From a virus (taxonomy: Duplodnaviria; Caudoviricetes), in IMG/VR virus record IMGVR_UViG_3300042997_002641, positions 1 through 36,043 of that record: DNA of 36,043 nucleotides; one strand, written 5' to 3'. Below are positions 17,331 through 26,332 of this stretch, piece by piece. The stretch's first letter is position 1. Every line of letters begins with the position of its first letter. The translations under genes and the position numbers were made by a program. The notes beneath the pieces are model-generated. The model ran no database searches. It worked only from the letters and a program-made list of their open reading frames with translations, and was not told the origin of the DNA.

Positions 17331-17490
17331 CGCACGCGGGTCCTCTCGTCGATTTCGGGTGTCGGCGAGAGGACCCTGCCCCCGTTCCCCTGATCGCCTC
17401 GGCCGGGAGTCGAGCCGGCGAGCACAGCGCCCACACCCTGGCGTGTGCCGCTCCTCCCGGCCGAGTGCGCCTCCGCCCGAGAGGACCGGC

Positions 17491-17811
17491 ATGGCTGGCA
17501 AGCGGACGTCGACGCGCAACTTCCACGAGCTGCGCGATCAATTCTTTGAAGAGGGCAAGCTCCAGGACGCTGACCCAGAGACCCGACACCTGTCGCTCTG
17601 CTGGCTCTGCCGCGGCCGCATCGACTACAACGTCGAGCCCAGCTCCACACCCGACTCCCACAACCTCGACCACTTCCACACCGTCGAGGACCGCCCGGAC
17701 CTGCAGGAGGACTGGGACAACTTCCGCCACTCCCACGCCCTGTGCAACGGCAACCGCGGTGCAGGTAACCCCGTCGTCGAGCTCGGCGAGGCCGTAGAGG
17801 ACTGGTGGTGA
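17491..17811 (+). CDS. Phage HNH endonuclease (terminase-associated type)
   Basis: CWLC...LDH...DN...HALCNGNRG; SD GAGGA; typical position before cos/terS. Confidence 0.9.
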   Translation: MAGKRTSTRNFHELRDQFFEEGKLQDADPETRHLSLCWLCRGRIDYNVEPSSTPDSHNLDHFHTVEDRPDLQEDWDNFRHSHALCNGNRGAGNPVVELGEAVEDWW

Positions 17812-17815
17812 CCCG

Positions 17816-17932
17816 ATGAGCTGTCGCTGTGGCGATCCCGGCTGCGCCCTTCCAACGTCACCGGCCGGTCATCAAGCGCGTGCTGAGGTCGTCGGCCTGA
17901 ACGGCGACCACCTACGGTGCGAGCGTCGGTGA
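17816..17932 (+). CDS. Tiny Cys-rich ORF (38 aa)
   Basis: MSCRCGDPGC...LRCERR* directly after the HNH gene. Confidence 0.3.
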   Translation: MSCRCGDPGCALPTSPAGHQARAEVVGLNGDHLRCERR

Positions 17933-17982
17933 GGCCCCCCTCGAAAAATCCAGCATCCCGAGTGGGGGGCTGAACACCCCCG
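17933..17982. other. Probable cos/packaging-site remnant and deletion junction
   Basis: CCCCCCTCG-AAAAATCC...CGAGTGGGGGG inverted repeat after HNH, directly followed by capsid-like coding sequence. Confidence 0.5.
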
Positions 17983-18299
17983 AGCTGCTCGACATCCTGC
18001 CGAAGGACGACCGGCAGGCGCTGACCGACGGGTTTCCCTCGGTCGGCAGACTGACCTGGATCTCCGACGACGGCGACGACCTGCCCGACCCGCTGTTCCT
18101 CGACCGGCGCCGTTTCGGCGGCATCGCTCGCGAGCAGATCCCCACGCCCGAGATGCGGCCCATCGGCGGCGACACGGGCGTCGAGATCGCCAGCATCCGA
18201 GAGGCCAAGTCGGAGAAGACCCGACTGCAGGCCCGCAACGTGCACGTGCCGATCGTCACCGATCCGCTCGCCGCGTTCTACCTCACGGGAACGGAGTGA
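17976..18299 (+). pseudogene. C-terminal remnant of the major capsid protein (no start codon)
   Basis: Frame reads TPELLDILPKDD...LFLDRRRFGGIARE...TRLQARNVHVPIVTDPLAAFYLTGTE*; upstream stop at 17898 with no usable start; its TGA overlaps the next gene's GTG; sits just before the head-tail genes. Confidence 0.75.
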
Positions 18300-18667
18300 C
18301 GATGACGCAGCACATCGTGACCGCCGCCGTGGTCAAGGTCTCGATCGGCTCGCCGTCGGGGAACAGCGTGGCGCAGTTCGTGCGCCGCGATGACCTCGTC
18401 CCGGCGGGAGTCGACGAGGAGCAGCTCGAGCGACTCGTGCGCCAGGGCTTCATCGCCGAGTACGAAGGACCCGAGCCCGACCCCGAGCCGACCGCCTTCT
18501 CGAAGGACGACGTCGACGCCGCGGTGAAGGCCGCGACCGAGGCGCAGTCGAGCGAGCTCGCGCAGGCGAAGGCCGACGCCGAGGCAGCGAAGGCGGACGC
18601 CGAGAAGGCGCGCGCGGAGCTGGCCAAGGCACAGCAGGCGGCGAAGGCCCCAGCGAAGCAGTCCTAA
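18296..18667 (+). CDS. Capsid-adjacent hypothetical protein (Ala/Lys-rich coiled C-terminus)
   Basis: GTGA coupling to the capsid remnant; LVPAGVDEEQLERLVRQGFI motif. Confidence 0.75.
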   Translation: MTMTQHIVTAAVVKVSIGSPSGNSVAQFVRRDDLVPAGVDEEQLERLVRQGFIAEYEGPEPDPEPTAFSKDDVDAAVKAATEAQSSELAQAKADAEAAKADAEKARAELAKAQQAAKAPAKQS

Positions 18668-18689
18668 CCCACGGGTCGGGACCACCGAT

Positions 18690-18740
18690 CGGAACGGCCC
18701 CCCGCGCGGATACGCACGACGGGGGCCGTTCCGGTTTCCT
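18690..18740 (+). terminator. Intrinsic terminator-like hairpin after the capsid operon
   Basis: CGGAACGGCCCCC (18690-18702) pairs with GGGGGCCGTTCCG (18721-18733), followed by GTTTCCT. Confidence 0.65.
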
Positions 18741-18858
18741 GCCGTCCCGAGTGTCACGCGCCCGCGTCGCACGAACGGATGGCGAACCCGGGCGACCGGG
18801 CGTCCGGTGACGCCGCTCGCCTAGATGGGCGCACACCACGCCGTGAAAGGGATGCCCG

Positions 18859-19251
18859 ATGACACTCACAGCAGCCGGCGTCAGGCCGGAAGATCTCGGC
18901 AGCGACACGAACCTCGCGCGCCGCGTCCTCATCGAGGCGCTCCGAGTTGCTTCGTGGCTCCGCACGGCCGAAGCCGACGAGGAGTTGAGCGCGAACGTGC
19001 TCGCGATCCTCGACGGCGTATACAAGCGCGCCGTCGTCATTGGCACCGGCGCGCTCGCCTCGCAAGGCCGGAACGGCACGAGCCGCTCCTACCGTGACAT
19101 CCGCTCCGCATTCTTCGCGGACGACATCCGGAATCTGCGATCGCTCGATCCTGCTGCCGGCGCCGAGCCCGAGCACGGCGCTCTGCCGATGGGCAGCTTC
19201 CCCACGGATCGCCCGCTCTCGCGCCTGTTCCCGGAGGGACCGTACTCATGA
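18859..19251 (+). CDS. Head-to-tail adaptor-like protein
   Basis: SD GAAAGGGA; size and synteny. Confidence 0.65.
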   Translation: MTLTAAGVRPEDLGSDTNLARRVLIEALRVASWLRTAEADEELSANVLAILDGVYKRAVVIGTGALASQGRNGTSRSYRDIRSAFFADDIRNLRSLDPAAGAEPEHGALPMGSFPTDRPLSRLFPEGPYS

Positions 19252-19577
19252 GCGACGACGCATTCTGGTGGCCGCACCTGGTGCGGATTCGACCGCTCCT
19301 GCGCGGCGCCGGAATGGGGCCGCGTCTCGGAGATCCCGCGACCGAACCCACAGCGGCCGAAGTCGACGACGAGCAGCGGCTCGTTCGACGCCCCGACGGC
19401 GTCCAGGTCCCGTCGTCCGCTCGCGTCACCGTCCCGATCGACACGATCGCGCCGCTCGGCTCCGAGGTCACCATCTGGCCCGGGCGAGCGCACGAGCGCA
19501 CGGCAGCCGTCATCGCTGTGTCCCGGGAGGACAACGGCGTCGACCTCCCATCGCAGCTCGTCCTGACTCTCGAGTGA
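19248..19577 (+). CDS. Head-to-tail stopper-like protein
   Basis: Beta-rich ~110 aa; synteny. Confidence 0.7.
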   Translation: MSDDAFWWPHLVRIRPLLRGAGMGPRLGDPATEPTAAEVDDEQRLVRRPDGVQVPSSARVTVPIDTIAPLGSEVTIWPGRAHERTAAVIAVSREDNGVDLPSQLVLTLE

Positions 19578-19587
19578 GGAGGCCCCG

Positions 19588-19917
19588 ATGCCATCCAGCA
19601 TCAACAGCGCCCGACTGACCGAGATCGAACAGGCCGCACAGAACGGCCTCACCGAAGCCGCTCGAGTCGCCCTCGCCGACGCGCGATCCCGCGCACCGAA
19701 GGACACGGGCAAGCTCCGACGTTCCGGCCGCGTGATCGTCGACGACGTCGGCGCGACCGTGCGCTTCACCGCGCCGCACGCTTACCTGCAGCACGAAAAC
19801 CTCGACTACCAGCACCCCGACGGCGGCGAACCGAAGTACCTCGAGAACGCCGTGCTCGACGTCGACCTCGGCCAGATCCTCGCCGACGCCATCGAGCGGG
19901 GCGTGACCGATGGATGA
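19588..19917 (+). CDS. Neck protein, HK97 gp10-like
   Basis: APKDTGKLRRSG...APHAYLQHE...PKYLE motif. Confidence 0.8.
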   Translation: MPSSINSARLTEIEQAAQNGLTEAARVALADARSRAPKDTGKLRRSGRVIVDDVGATVRFTAPHAYLQHENLDYQHPDGGEPKYLENAVLDVDLGQILADAIERGVTDG

Positions 19918-20332
19918 CGCCTCGCTGACGCGCCTCGTCTGCTCCATCCTCGGCATGGTCCCCACGTGGGAGTGGCGACCCGACGGCGACGCCTACGCCG
20001 ACAACGAGACAGCCATCTTCTACGGCGCCCTCGACCCGACCCCCGACTCCGCGATCGGTGTCCGTGTGTACGGCCCGCTCGACGACCCGCTCCGGCACGT
20101 CTATGGCCGGCGGGTGCAGCTCCGGTTTCGGGGCCGCAAGAACCAGCGCGACGCCGCGGACCGGATGGCCGGGACCGCGTTCGCCGTGCTCGACGGACTC
20201 TCCCGGGTGGGAGGGATCAGCGGCATCCGCCGCTTCTCATTCGGTCCGTCCGTGACCGACGACAACGGCCGCGAGGAGCGGACCGACAACTACAGCATCA
20301 CCCTCGACAACCCGGAGGCATCCACATCATGA
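19910..20332 (+). CDS. Tail terminator protein
   Basis: VQLRFRG, DDNGREERTDNY motifs; precedes the major tail gene. Confidence 0.8.
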   Translation: MDDASLTRLVCSILGMVPTWEWRPDGDAYADNETAIFYGALDPTPDSAIGVRVYGPLDDPLRHVYGRRVQLRFRGRKNQRDAADRMAGTAFAVLDGLSRVGGISGIRRFSFGPSVTDDNGREERTDNYSITLDNPEASTS

Positions 20333-21087
20333 ACCAGCGCGTTCCCCTTCCCGTCGGCACGGCGCTCGGCAAGAGCTACGAGCACGGCCTCGACATCAAC
20401 CTCGGCACGTACGACAACCCCGTGTGGCAGCCGTTCCGCCGGATCTCCGGCTGGGCGCCCGTTTTCGCGCGAGTCACCACGGACGTGACCACGTACGACG
20501 ACATGGGCGACACGAACGAAGCGGTGTCCGGGCGGACGTTCTCCGCCGCGTTCACCGCGCAGGGCAACCGCTCGACGGTCACCGGCAAGCTGCTGCCCGA
20601 GCTCGATCGTGTCATCCAGGCATCTCGCGCCAAGGGTGAGGCCGCGATCCTCGACGTGCGGTTCTACCACAAGCCCGAGACCGGCACCCCCGACCCCGAC
20701 GACGCCGGTCGCGCGTTCGTCACCGTCGAAGCGACCCGGCAGAACACCGGCAACAGCGAGTCGGAGGTGTACTCGATCTCGCTGTCCGGCAAGGGGGCGT
20801 ACGAGCCGATCACGAACCCGTTCGGCGGGTGGGGAGCGACGGCTCCGGTGATCGCCACCGTGACCCCGGAGGACGCCGGTGACGGCGAGCTCGTCACCAT
20901 CAACGGCACCGGGTTCTCCGGCGCGACCGCGGTCAGTATCGGCGGCACGGCTGCGCCGGAGTTCGAGGTGATGAGCCCGAGCACGATCGTCGCGGTCATG
21001 CCGGTCGGCGACGCCGGCGACGTGCCCGTCATCGTCACCACGCCCGGCGGCGCGTCGACCGCGTTCACCTTCACCCGCGGCGCGTGA
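20329..21087 (+). CDS. Major tail tube protein with C-terminal IPT/TIG (Ig-like) domain
   Basis: DVTTYDD...ISLSGKG tube motifs; PVIATVTP...VTINGTGF...VIVTTPGG TIG repeat. Confidence 0.88.
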   Translation: MNQRVPLPVGTALGKSYEHGLDINLGTYDNPVWQPFRRISGWAPVFARVTTDVTTYDDMGDTNEAVSGRTFSAAFTAQGNRSTVTGKLLPELDRVIQASRAKGEAAILDVRFYHKPETGTPDPDDAGRAFVTVEATRQNTGNSESEVYSISLSGKGAYEPITNPFGGWGATAPVIATVTPEDAGDGELVTINGTGFSGATAVSIGGTAAPEFEVMSPSTIVAVMPVGDAGDVPVIVTTPGGASTAFTFTRGA

Positions 21088-21491
21088 GCGGCGTCGACTT
21101 CGCCGCCTGGGCCGAGCCGAACCTCGTGCTCACGCTGGGCGGACGTACCTACACGGTGCGCCCGCCCAGCGTCGCCGACGCCGGGAAGCTCCTGGCGCTG
21201 GCTGTGCGCGGCGAGGTCGAGCTCGGCCTGGCGAAGAGACCGATCCCGGCCGGCGTGCAGGACGTGCTCGACAGCATCAAGCCGGACGAGCACCCTGCCC
21301 TCGGGAAGGTCTACGCACAGTTGGTCGATGACGGGGTGTCCCCGACGACGATCAACCGGATGGCGTACTACGCGATCTTCTACTGGGCGCGCGGCAAGGA
21401 GTACGCCGACTGGCTGGCCGTGACCCTGTTCACCCCGCGGGACGTGTCCGCCGACGTCGAGGGTGAGGGTGACGCCGACCCAAAAGGGTGA
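21084..21491 (+). CDS. Tail assembly chaperone (G-like)
   Basis: Between the major tail and tape measure genes; ends at a slippery site. Confidence 0.8.
   Translation: MSGVDFAAWAEPNLVLTLGGRTYTVRPPSVADAGKLLALAVRGEVELGLAKRPIPAGVQDVLDSIKPDEHPALGKVYAQLVDDGVSPTTINRMAYYAIFYWARGKEYADWLAVTLFTPRDVSADVEGEGDADPKG
21479..21485 (+). other. Programmed -1 ribosomal frameshift site C CCA AAA
   Basis: XXXYYYZ heptamer in frame near the end of chaperone G; the -1 frame continues into ORF 21488-21805. Confidence 0.8.
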
Positions 21492-21805
21492 TCACGGCCG
21501 CCGACATGGCCCCCTGGGGCTTCGGCGAGCCGGATGAGGAGGGCTGGTATCCGGACTACCGTCCGGGCCACCCTCGCCCCGAGGCGGCCCCCGCGCCATC
21601 CAAGGCGACAGCGGAAGCCGGGGTGGACGTGACGCTGCTGTGGCTGGTCGAGCACTGGCGTCTCGTGCTGGCAGACCTGTCCCTGCATCACGGCATCGAC
21701 CTGTACGCGCACCGCTCCCGGCCCTGGCCGGGCGTGCGGACGGCGATCTTCTCTCTCCTGGACTGGGACACCCGGCTCAGGAGCGCGCTCACCACCCGGA
21801 GGTGA
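21488..21805 (+). CDS. Tail assembly chaperone, frameshift extension (GT-like)
   Basis: -1 frame relative to G; WRLVLADL...GIDL...PW motif. Confidence 0.78.
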   Translation: MITAADMAPWGFGEPDEEGWYPDYRPGHPRPEAAPAPSKATAEAGVDVTLLWLVEHWRLVLADLSLHHGIDLYAHRSRPWPGVRTAIFSLLDWDTRLRSALTTRR

Positions 21806-21812
21806 TCTGCTC

Positions 21813-24452
21813 GTGAACAAGGTCACCGTCGCAGTCCTCGAGGCCCTGTTCACCGCGAACACCGACGACCTCGCCCGCGGCGAGAAGGTGGTCAAGGCCA
21901 CCGGTGACCGCATCGAGAAGAAGCCCATCAAGGCCAAGGTCGACGCTGACACCAGGGGCGCCGTCGAGGGCATGAAGCAGGTCGAGGACGCCGCCCGCCG
22001 CGTCGTGACCGCGAAGACCATCGCCACGGTCGATGCGAACATCGAGCGCGCCGAGAAGCAGTTCATGCGCCTGTATGAGCGGGTCGACTACCTCCGGTCC
22101 GTGTCGCCCGAGCTGGACGTGGACGCGGATGTCGCCCGCGCGGTCAAGCAGATGGAGCGGGCGCAGAAGCAGCTCGAGGGTCTGCGTGGTGCCCGCGCGG
22201 TCATGGAGGTCGACGCCAACACGCAGCCCCTGCAGGACGCCACCGACGGGGTCGGTAAGGCCGCCGGCGCGAAGGTCGGCGCCGACGTTGAGCAGTCGCT
22301 GACCGCCGCGCTCACCGCGATCCCGATCGCGGGCGGCATCCTCCTCGCGGGCACCGCGATCGGGAAGGCGCTCGTCGGCGGGATCCAGGCCGGCATGCAG
22401 GTCGAGGTGCGGCAGGACCGGCTCGAGGCGCTGACCGGTGTCAGCGAGGCCGACGCACGCCGTCTGGCCCTCGCGGCGGGGGAGGCGTACGCGTCGAACT
22501 TCGGCGAGTCGATCGAGTCGAACATGACCACCGCTCGGCTCGGGCTGCAGTTCGGGATCCTCGACCCGGCCGCCACGACCCGTGACGCGCAGAAGACGAT
22601 CGAGGGTCTCGCCGGGATCGCTGACGTTCTCGAGGAGGACGTCAAGCCCACAGCCACCGCCGTGGCGACGCTGCTGCGCACCGGGCTGGCGAAGAACGCC
22701 GACGAGGCGTACGACATCATCGCCGCCGGCGCCCGCAACGGGCTCAACCGCAACGAGGATCTTCTCGACACGCTCACCGAATACCCGGTGGTGCTTCGCA
22801 AGCTCGGCCTCTCCGGAGCGGAGTCCCTGGGCCTGATCAACCAGGGACTCAGGGCCGGTGCCCGCAACACCGACGTCCTCGCGGACGCGCTCAAGGAGTT
22901 CCAGATCCGCGCGACGGACGGGTCCGACTCTTCTAGTTCGGGCTTCGAGCGTCTGGGGCTGGACGCCGAGGAGATGACGGCGAAGATCGCGCGGGGCGGC
23001 GCGGACGCCCGCGACGGACTCGATCAGGTGCTCCGCAAGCTCCGCGAGACCGAAGACCCCGTGCAGCGCAACGCCGCCGCCGTCGAGCTGTTCGGCACTA
23101 AGGCCGAGGATCTCGGGGACGCGCTGTTCGCTCTCGACCTGTCCACCGCTGTCGACCAGCTCGGGCAGGTCAACGGCGCCGCGCAGAAGATGTTCGACAC
23201 CCTCGCGAACAACGACGCATCGAAGCTTGAGCAGGCGAAGCGCAACGTCGAGACCGCGGTCGAAGGCATCCAGGGTGCCCTCGCGGCCGGATTCTCCGAG
23301 CCGCTCTCAGACGCCGCCCTCTGGGTCTCGCAGAACCGCGGACCGGTGCTGCAGTTCTTCAAGGACATGGCGCTCGGCGCGATCGGCTTTGCCGAGACCG
23401 CGACGGAAGGTGTCGTGGAGTTCGTCGCGGGTCCGCTCGCGTCGATGGTCGACGGCCTTGCAACCGTGATCGACACCCTGAACGGCTTCGACGGGCGACC
23501 GAAGGAACTCGACGACCTCATCACGCAGATGCGCGATATGAAGTCGTACACGGAGGACAGCAGCGCTGCCTTCCAGGAGATGCGGGACCGCGTCTCGGAG
23601 TTCATCGACCCCGCGATCCAGGTCGGGCACGTCGCGGATGCCGCGCAGCGTACCGCGTCCGCTGTCGCGGATCTCGGGTCGGAGCACTCGACTCTGCATG
23701 AGCAGATCACGAACGTGGTCGGCGCGATGCAGGCGGAGCTCGATGCCGCGGCCGCGGCTGGCGAGTCGCAGGATCAGCTCACGCAGCGGTACAACACCAC
23801 GACCCAGGCGCTCGTCGACCAGATGGTGCAGATGGGGTACACAGAGGAGGACGCGCGGCGTCTGATCGGCACGTACGGTGCTGTCCCGGAGTTGGTGCAG
23901 ACCACGTTCCAGGCGAACACCTCGCCGGCCGAGCAGGCGGCGCAGTCGTTCCTCGACCGGTGGAACGGACGCAGCATCACCGTCGGCATGTTCCTCGACT
24001 CGTCGGGTGGCAATGTGGCGGCCGCGGCGTCCGCCGCCCGATACACGGCGCAGGCGCGGGCGTACCTGTCGCAGCAGGCGTCCGGTTCGGTCGTGCAGAT
24101 GATGGCTCAGGGCGGGCTCACGCCGATGCAGCCGCTCGCGCAGATGGTGCCGCCGAACACGTGGCGTGTCGTCGGCGACCGGACTGACGTGCCGGAGCTG
24201 TTCGCCCCGCTGGATGGTTCGGCCCGGTCGTGGGCGCTGCTGATGGAGGGCGTGCGCCGGATGCCCGGTGTCATGCCGATGGCGGACGGGGGCGTCACGG
24301 GGTCGGGTGCTCAGGCTGTCCCGGGTATCTCCGTCGGCGATGTGTCTGCGCTTGTGAATCTCGGGCCGACGGAGTCGGAGTTGCGGGCATTCGTGATGGC
24401 CGCGATTCGGGACTGGGCGGAGCAGAAATTCGGGAGGGGTGGTCTGCGATGA
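21813..24452 (+). CDS. Tape measure protein
   Basis: 879 aa Ala-rich helical protein; DLLDTLTEY, DALKEFQIRATDGS, LFGTKAEDLG TMP motifs; SD GGAGGTG. Confidence 0.93.
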   Translation: MNKVTVAVLEALFTANTDDLARGEKVVKATGDRIEKKPIKAKVDADTRGAVEGMKQVEDAARRVVTAKTIATVDANIERAEKQFMRLYERVDYLRSVSPELDVDADVARAVKQMERAQKQLEGLRGARAVMEVDANTQPLQDATDGVGKAAGAKVGADVEQSLTAALTAIPIAGGILLAGTAIGKALVGGIQAGMQVEVRQDRLEALTGVSEADARRLALAAGEAYASNFGESIESNMTTARLGLQFGILDPAATTRDAQKTIEGLAGIADVLEEDVKPTATAVATLLRTGLAKNADEAYDIIAAGARNGLNRNEDLLDTLTEYPVVLRKLGLSGAESLGLINQGLRAGARNTDVLADALKEFQIRATDGSDSSSSGFERLGLDAEEMTAKIARGGADARDGLDQVLRKLRETEDPVQRNAAAVELFGTKAEDLGDALFALDLSTAVDQLGQVNGAAQKMFDTLANNDASKLEQAKRNVETAVEGIQGALAAGFSEPLSDAALWVSQNRGPVLQFFKDMALGAIGFAETATEGVVEFVAGPLASMVDGLATVIDTLNGFDGRPKELDDLITQMRDMKSYTEDSSAAFQEMRDRVSEFIDPAIQVGHVADAAQRTASAVADLGSEHSTLHEQITNVVGAMQAELDAAAAAGESQDQLTQRYNTTTQALVDQMVQMGYTEEDARRLIGTYGAVPELVQTTFQANTSPAEQAAQSFLDRWNGRSITVGMFLDSSGGNVAAAASAARYTAQARAYLSQQASGSVVQMMAQGGLTPMQPLAQMVPPNTWRVVGDRTDVPELFAPLDGSARSWALLMEGVRRMPGVMPMADGGVTGSGAQAVPGISVGDVSALVNLGPTESELRAFVMAAIRDWAEQKFGRGGLR

Positions 24453-25219
24453 TGGACGACTCCACGACCACGGAGCTGGACGGGGTGACGTTCAGTGGAG
24501 CCCGGTTCCGGTGGGAGCCTGGACTGTACATCGTCACTCTGGACGGGATCGATGGTGGCGCTCGGGTGACGAACACCGCCGTCCCCCGTGGGCGGGGCCC
24601 GGGAACGATCCGCGCGGACAACGTGCGTGAGGATCCTCGCACGATCACTCAGACCGGCTTCGCTTACGCCCGGTCCGAGCGAGAGTTGCAAGAACGCATC
24701 GACCAGCTCGGTCGCATCCTCGCGGAGGACGACGAGACGGGCATGTTCGTGTGGCGTCGTCAGGGCGTGATGCGGCGGGCACTCGTGCAGAGGTCCACGT
24801 TCGCCCCGCCCCGCCGTCGAGCGGGGGAGGATGCGATCGCGGACTACACGCTTGTGCTGAACGCACCCGACCAGCGCATCTACGGCGTCTCGCAGACGAC
24901 TCCGTGGGGTGCGAGTGTGCCGGTCAAGCACCTCGGCGGCTACCCGGCCCCCGTGACTGTTGAGGTTCGCGGCAACAGTCCGGACGGGTACACGATCATC
25001 GGCCCTCGGGGCATGACCGTCGTCGTTCAGCGACCGATCGTCACCGGCTCGGTTCACCGATATCTCGGCGATGAGGGTGTCCTCTTCGTCGATGGTGCCG
25101 CGCAGACCATGGGGGTGACTCGGTCCGATCCGATCGAGGTTCCCTATGGCCGGTGGGATTTCACCGTTGATCACGGATGCGAGTTGAGGGTGACGTTCAG
25201 CGAGACCTGGGCGCCATAG
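24449..25219 (+). CDS. Distal tail protein (Dit-like)
   Basis: Directly after TMP; APDQRIYG, GGYPAPV motifs. Confidence 0.78.
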   Translation: MMDDSTTTELDGVTFSGARFRWEPGLYIVTLDGIDGGARVTNTAVPRGRGPGTIRADNVREDPRTITQTGFAYARSERELQERIDQLGRILAEDDETGMFVWRRQGVMRRALVQRSTFAPPRRRAGEDAIADYTLVLNAPDQRIYGVSQTTPWGASVPVKHLGGYPAPVTVEVRGNSPDGYTIIGPRGMTVVVQRPIVTGSVHRYLGDEGVLFVDGAAQTMGVTRSDPIEVPYGRWDFTVDHGCELRVTFSETWAP

Positions 25220-25246
25220 GCCAAGGAGAGAAAGAGGGGGCTTGGG

Positions 25247-26332
25247 GTGAGGATTACGCACAAGCTCCACGAGATCATCTCGGGCGCCCCGCTCAGTATC
25301 CCAATCACCGCGACCGGCTCCTGGTCGGATTCGATGACGTCTGTCGGGAGCGGTCGGTTCCGGATTCCGCTCGCTCTGTCGCGATTCACGCCGGCCGAGT
25401 GGGAGGGGTCTACCGTCCACTGGTGGCACATGATCGCGGAGTATTGGGACGGGCACCCGATGTACTTCGGGCTGATCAAAGACAAGGTGTTCGACTTCGA
25501 CACGAACATGCTCGAGCTGAGCACGGTGACCGTCGATGACCTGTTCAGCAACCGGTACACGTTCGGTGTCGCGAACTACGACGACGGCGACCTGTCGATC
25601 GAGTCGCAGACGTTGCGCGCCGCGCTCGTGCAGGTCCTTCAGCGCGGAATGGCGTGGGGCGGGACGTGGCCGCTCCCGTTTGACTTTGTGTCCCCGACGG
25701 TCGAGGGGGGCGCGTTCTCCCAGGACTGGAAGCGGCACGACTGGAAGCGGATCAGCGACCTTGTGAAGATCATCCAGAGCCAGGACGGCGGACCGGATCT
25801 CGCGTTCGTGCCGAAGGTCACCGCGCAGAGTTACGCCCGCTGGGACGTCCACACCGGTTCCCCCAGGATCGACGGTCCCACGATCGACCTTCCGGTGTCC
25901 GTGCGGAGGTCGCTCGCGAAGGGCGTGCGTCTCAAGCAGGCCGGCGGCGACATGGCTTCCGGCACGATGGTGCGCGGCGAGGGGCTCGGCAAGGGCCGCC
26001 CGTACGGGTGGGCCGGGTTCATGGATGGCCCGGCGATGGTGGTGCGGGACACCGCCCGCGACATGGTCGCCAACGACGCCAACCTCATGAGCATCGCCCA
26101 AGGTGACCTCAAGCGCCTACGCAGTCCGACGGAGCAGTACGAGTACGACCTCGTGGTCGGAGACGCGTCCAATCCGTTCCCGATCCGGGATCTCCGGCTG
26201 GGCACACGGTTCAACTTCCGTCATTCCGGGAACGCGTATCGGGCTGCTGAGTCGCAGACGCATTACCTCGTCGCGATGGCTCACGACACGAGCAACCCGC
26301 ACATCGTCAATCCGGAGGTGCAGCCGCTGTGA
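25247..26332 (+). CDS. Minor tail/baseplate hub protein (Tal-like)
   Basis: Synteny; GGPDLAFVP motif. Confidence 0.75.
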   Translation: MRITHKLHEIISGAPLSIPITATGSWSDSMTSVGSGRFRIPLALSRFTPAEWEGSTVHWWHMIAEYWDGHPMYFGLIKDKVFDFDTNMLELSTVTVDDLFSNRYTFGVANYDDGDLSIESQTLRAALVQVLQRGMAWGGTWPLPFDFVSPTVEGGAFSQDWKRHDWKRISDLVKIIQSQDGGPDLAFVPKVTAQSYARWDVHTGSPRIDGPTIDLPVSVRRSLAKGVRLKQAGGDMASGTMVRGEGLGKGRPYGWAGFMDGPAMVVRDTARDMVANDANLMSIAQGDLKRLRSPTEQYEYDLVVGDASNPFPIRDLRLGTRFNFRHSGNAYRAAESQTHYLVAMAHDTSNPHIVNPEVQPL

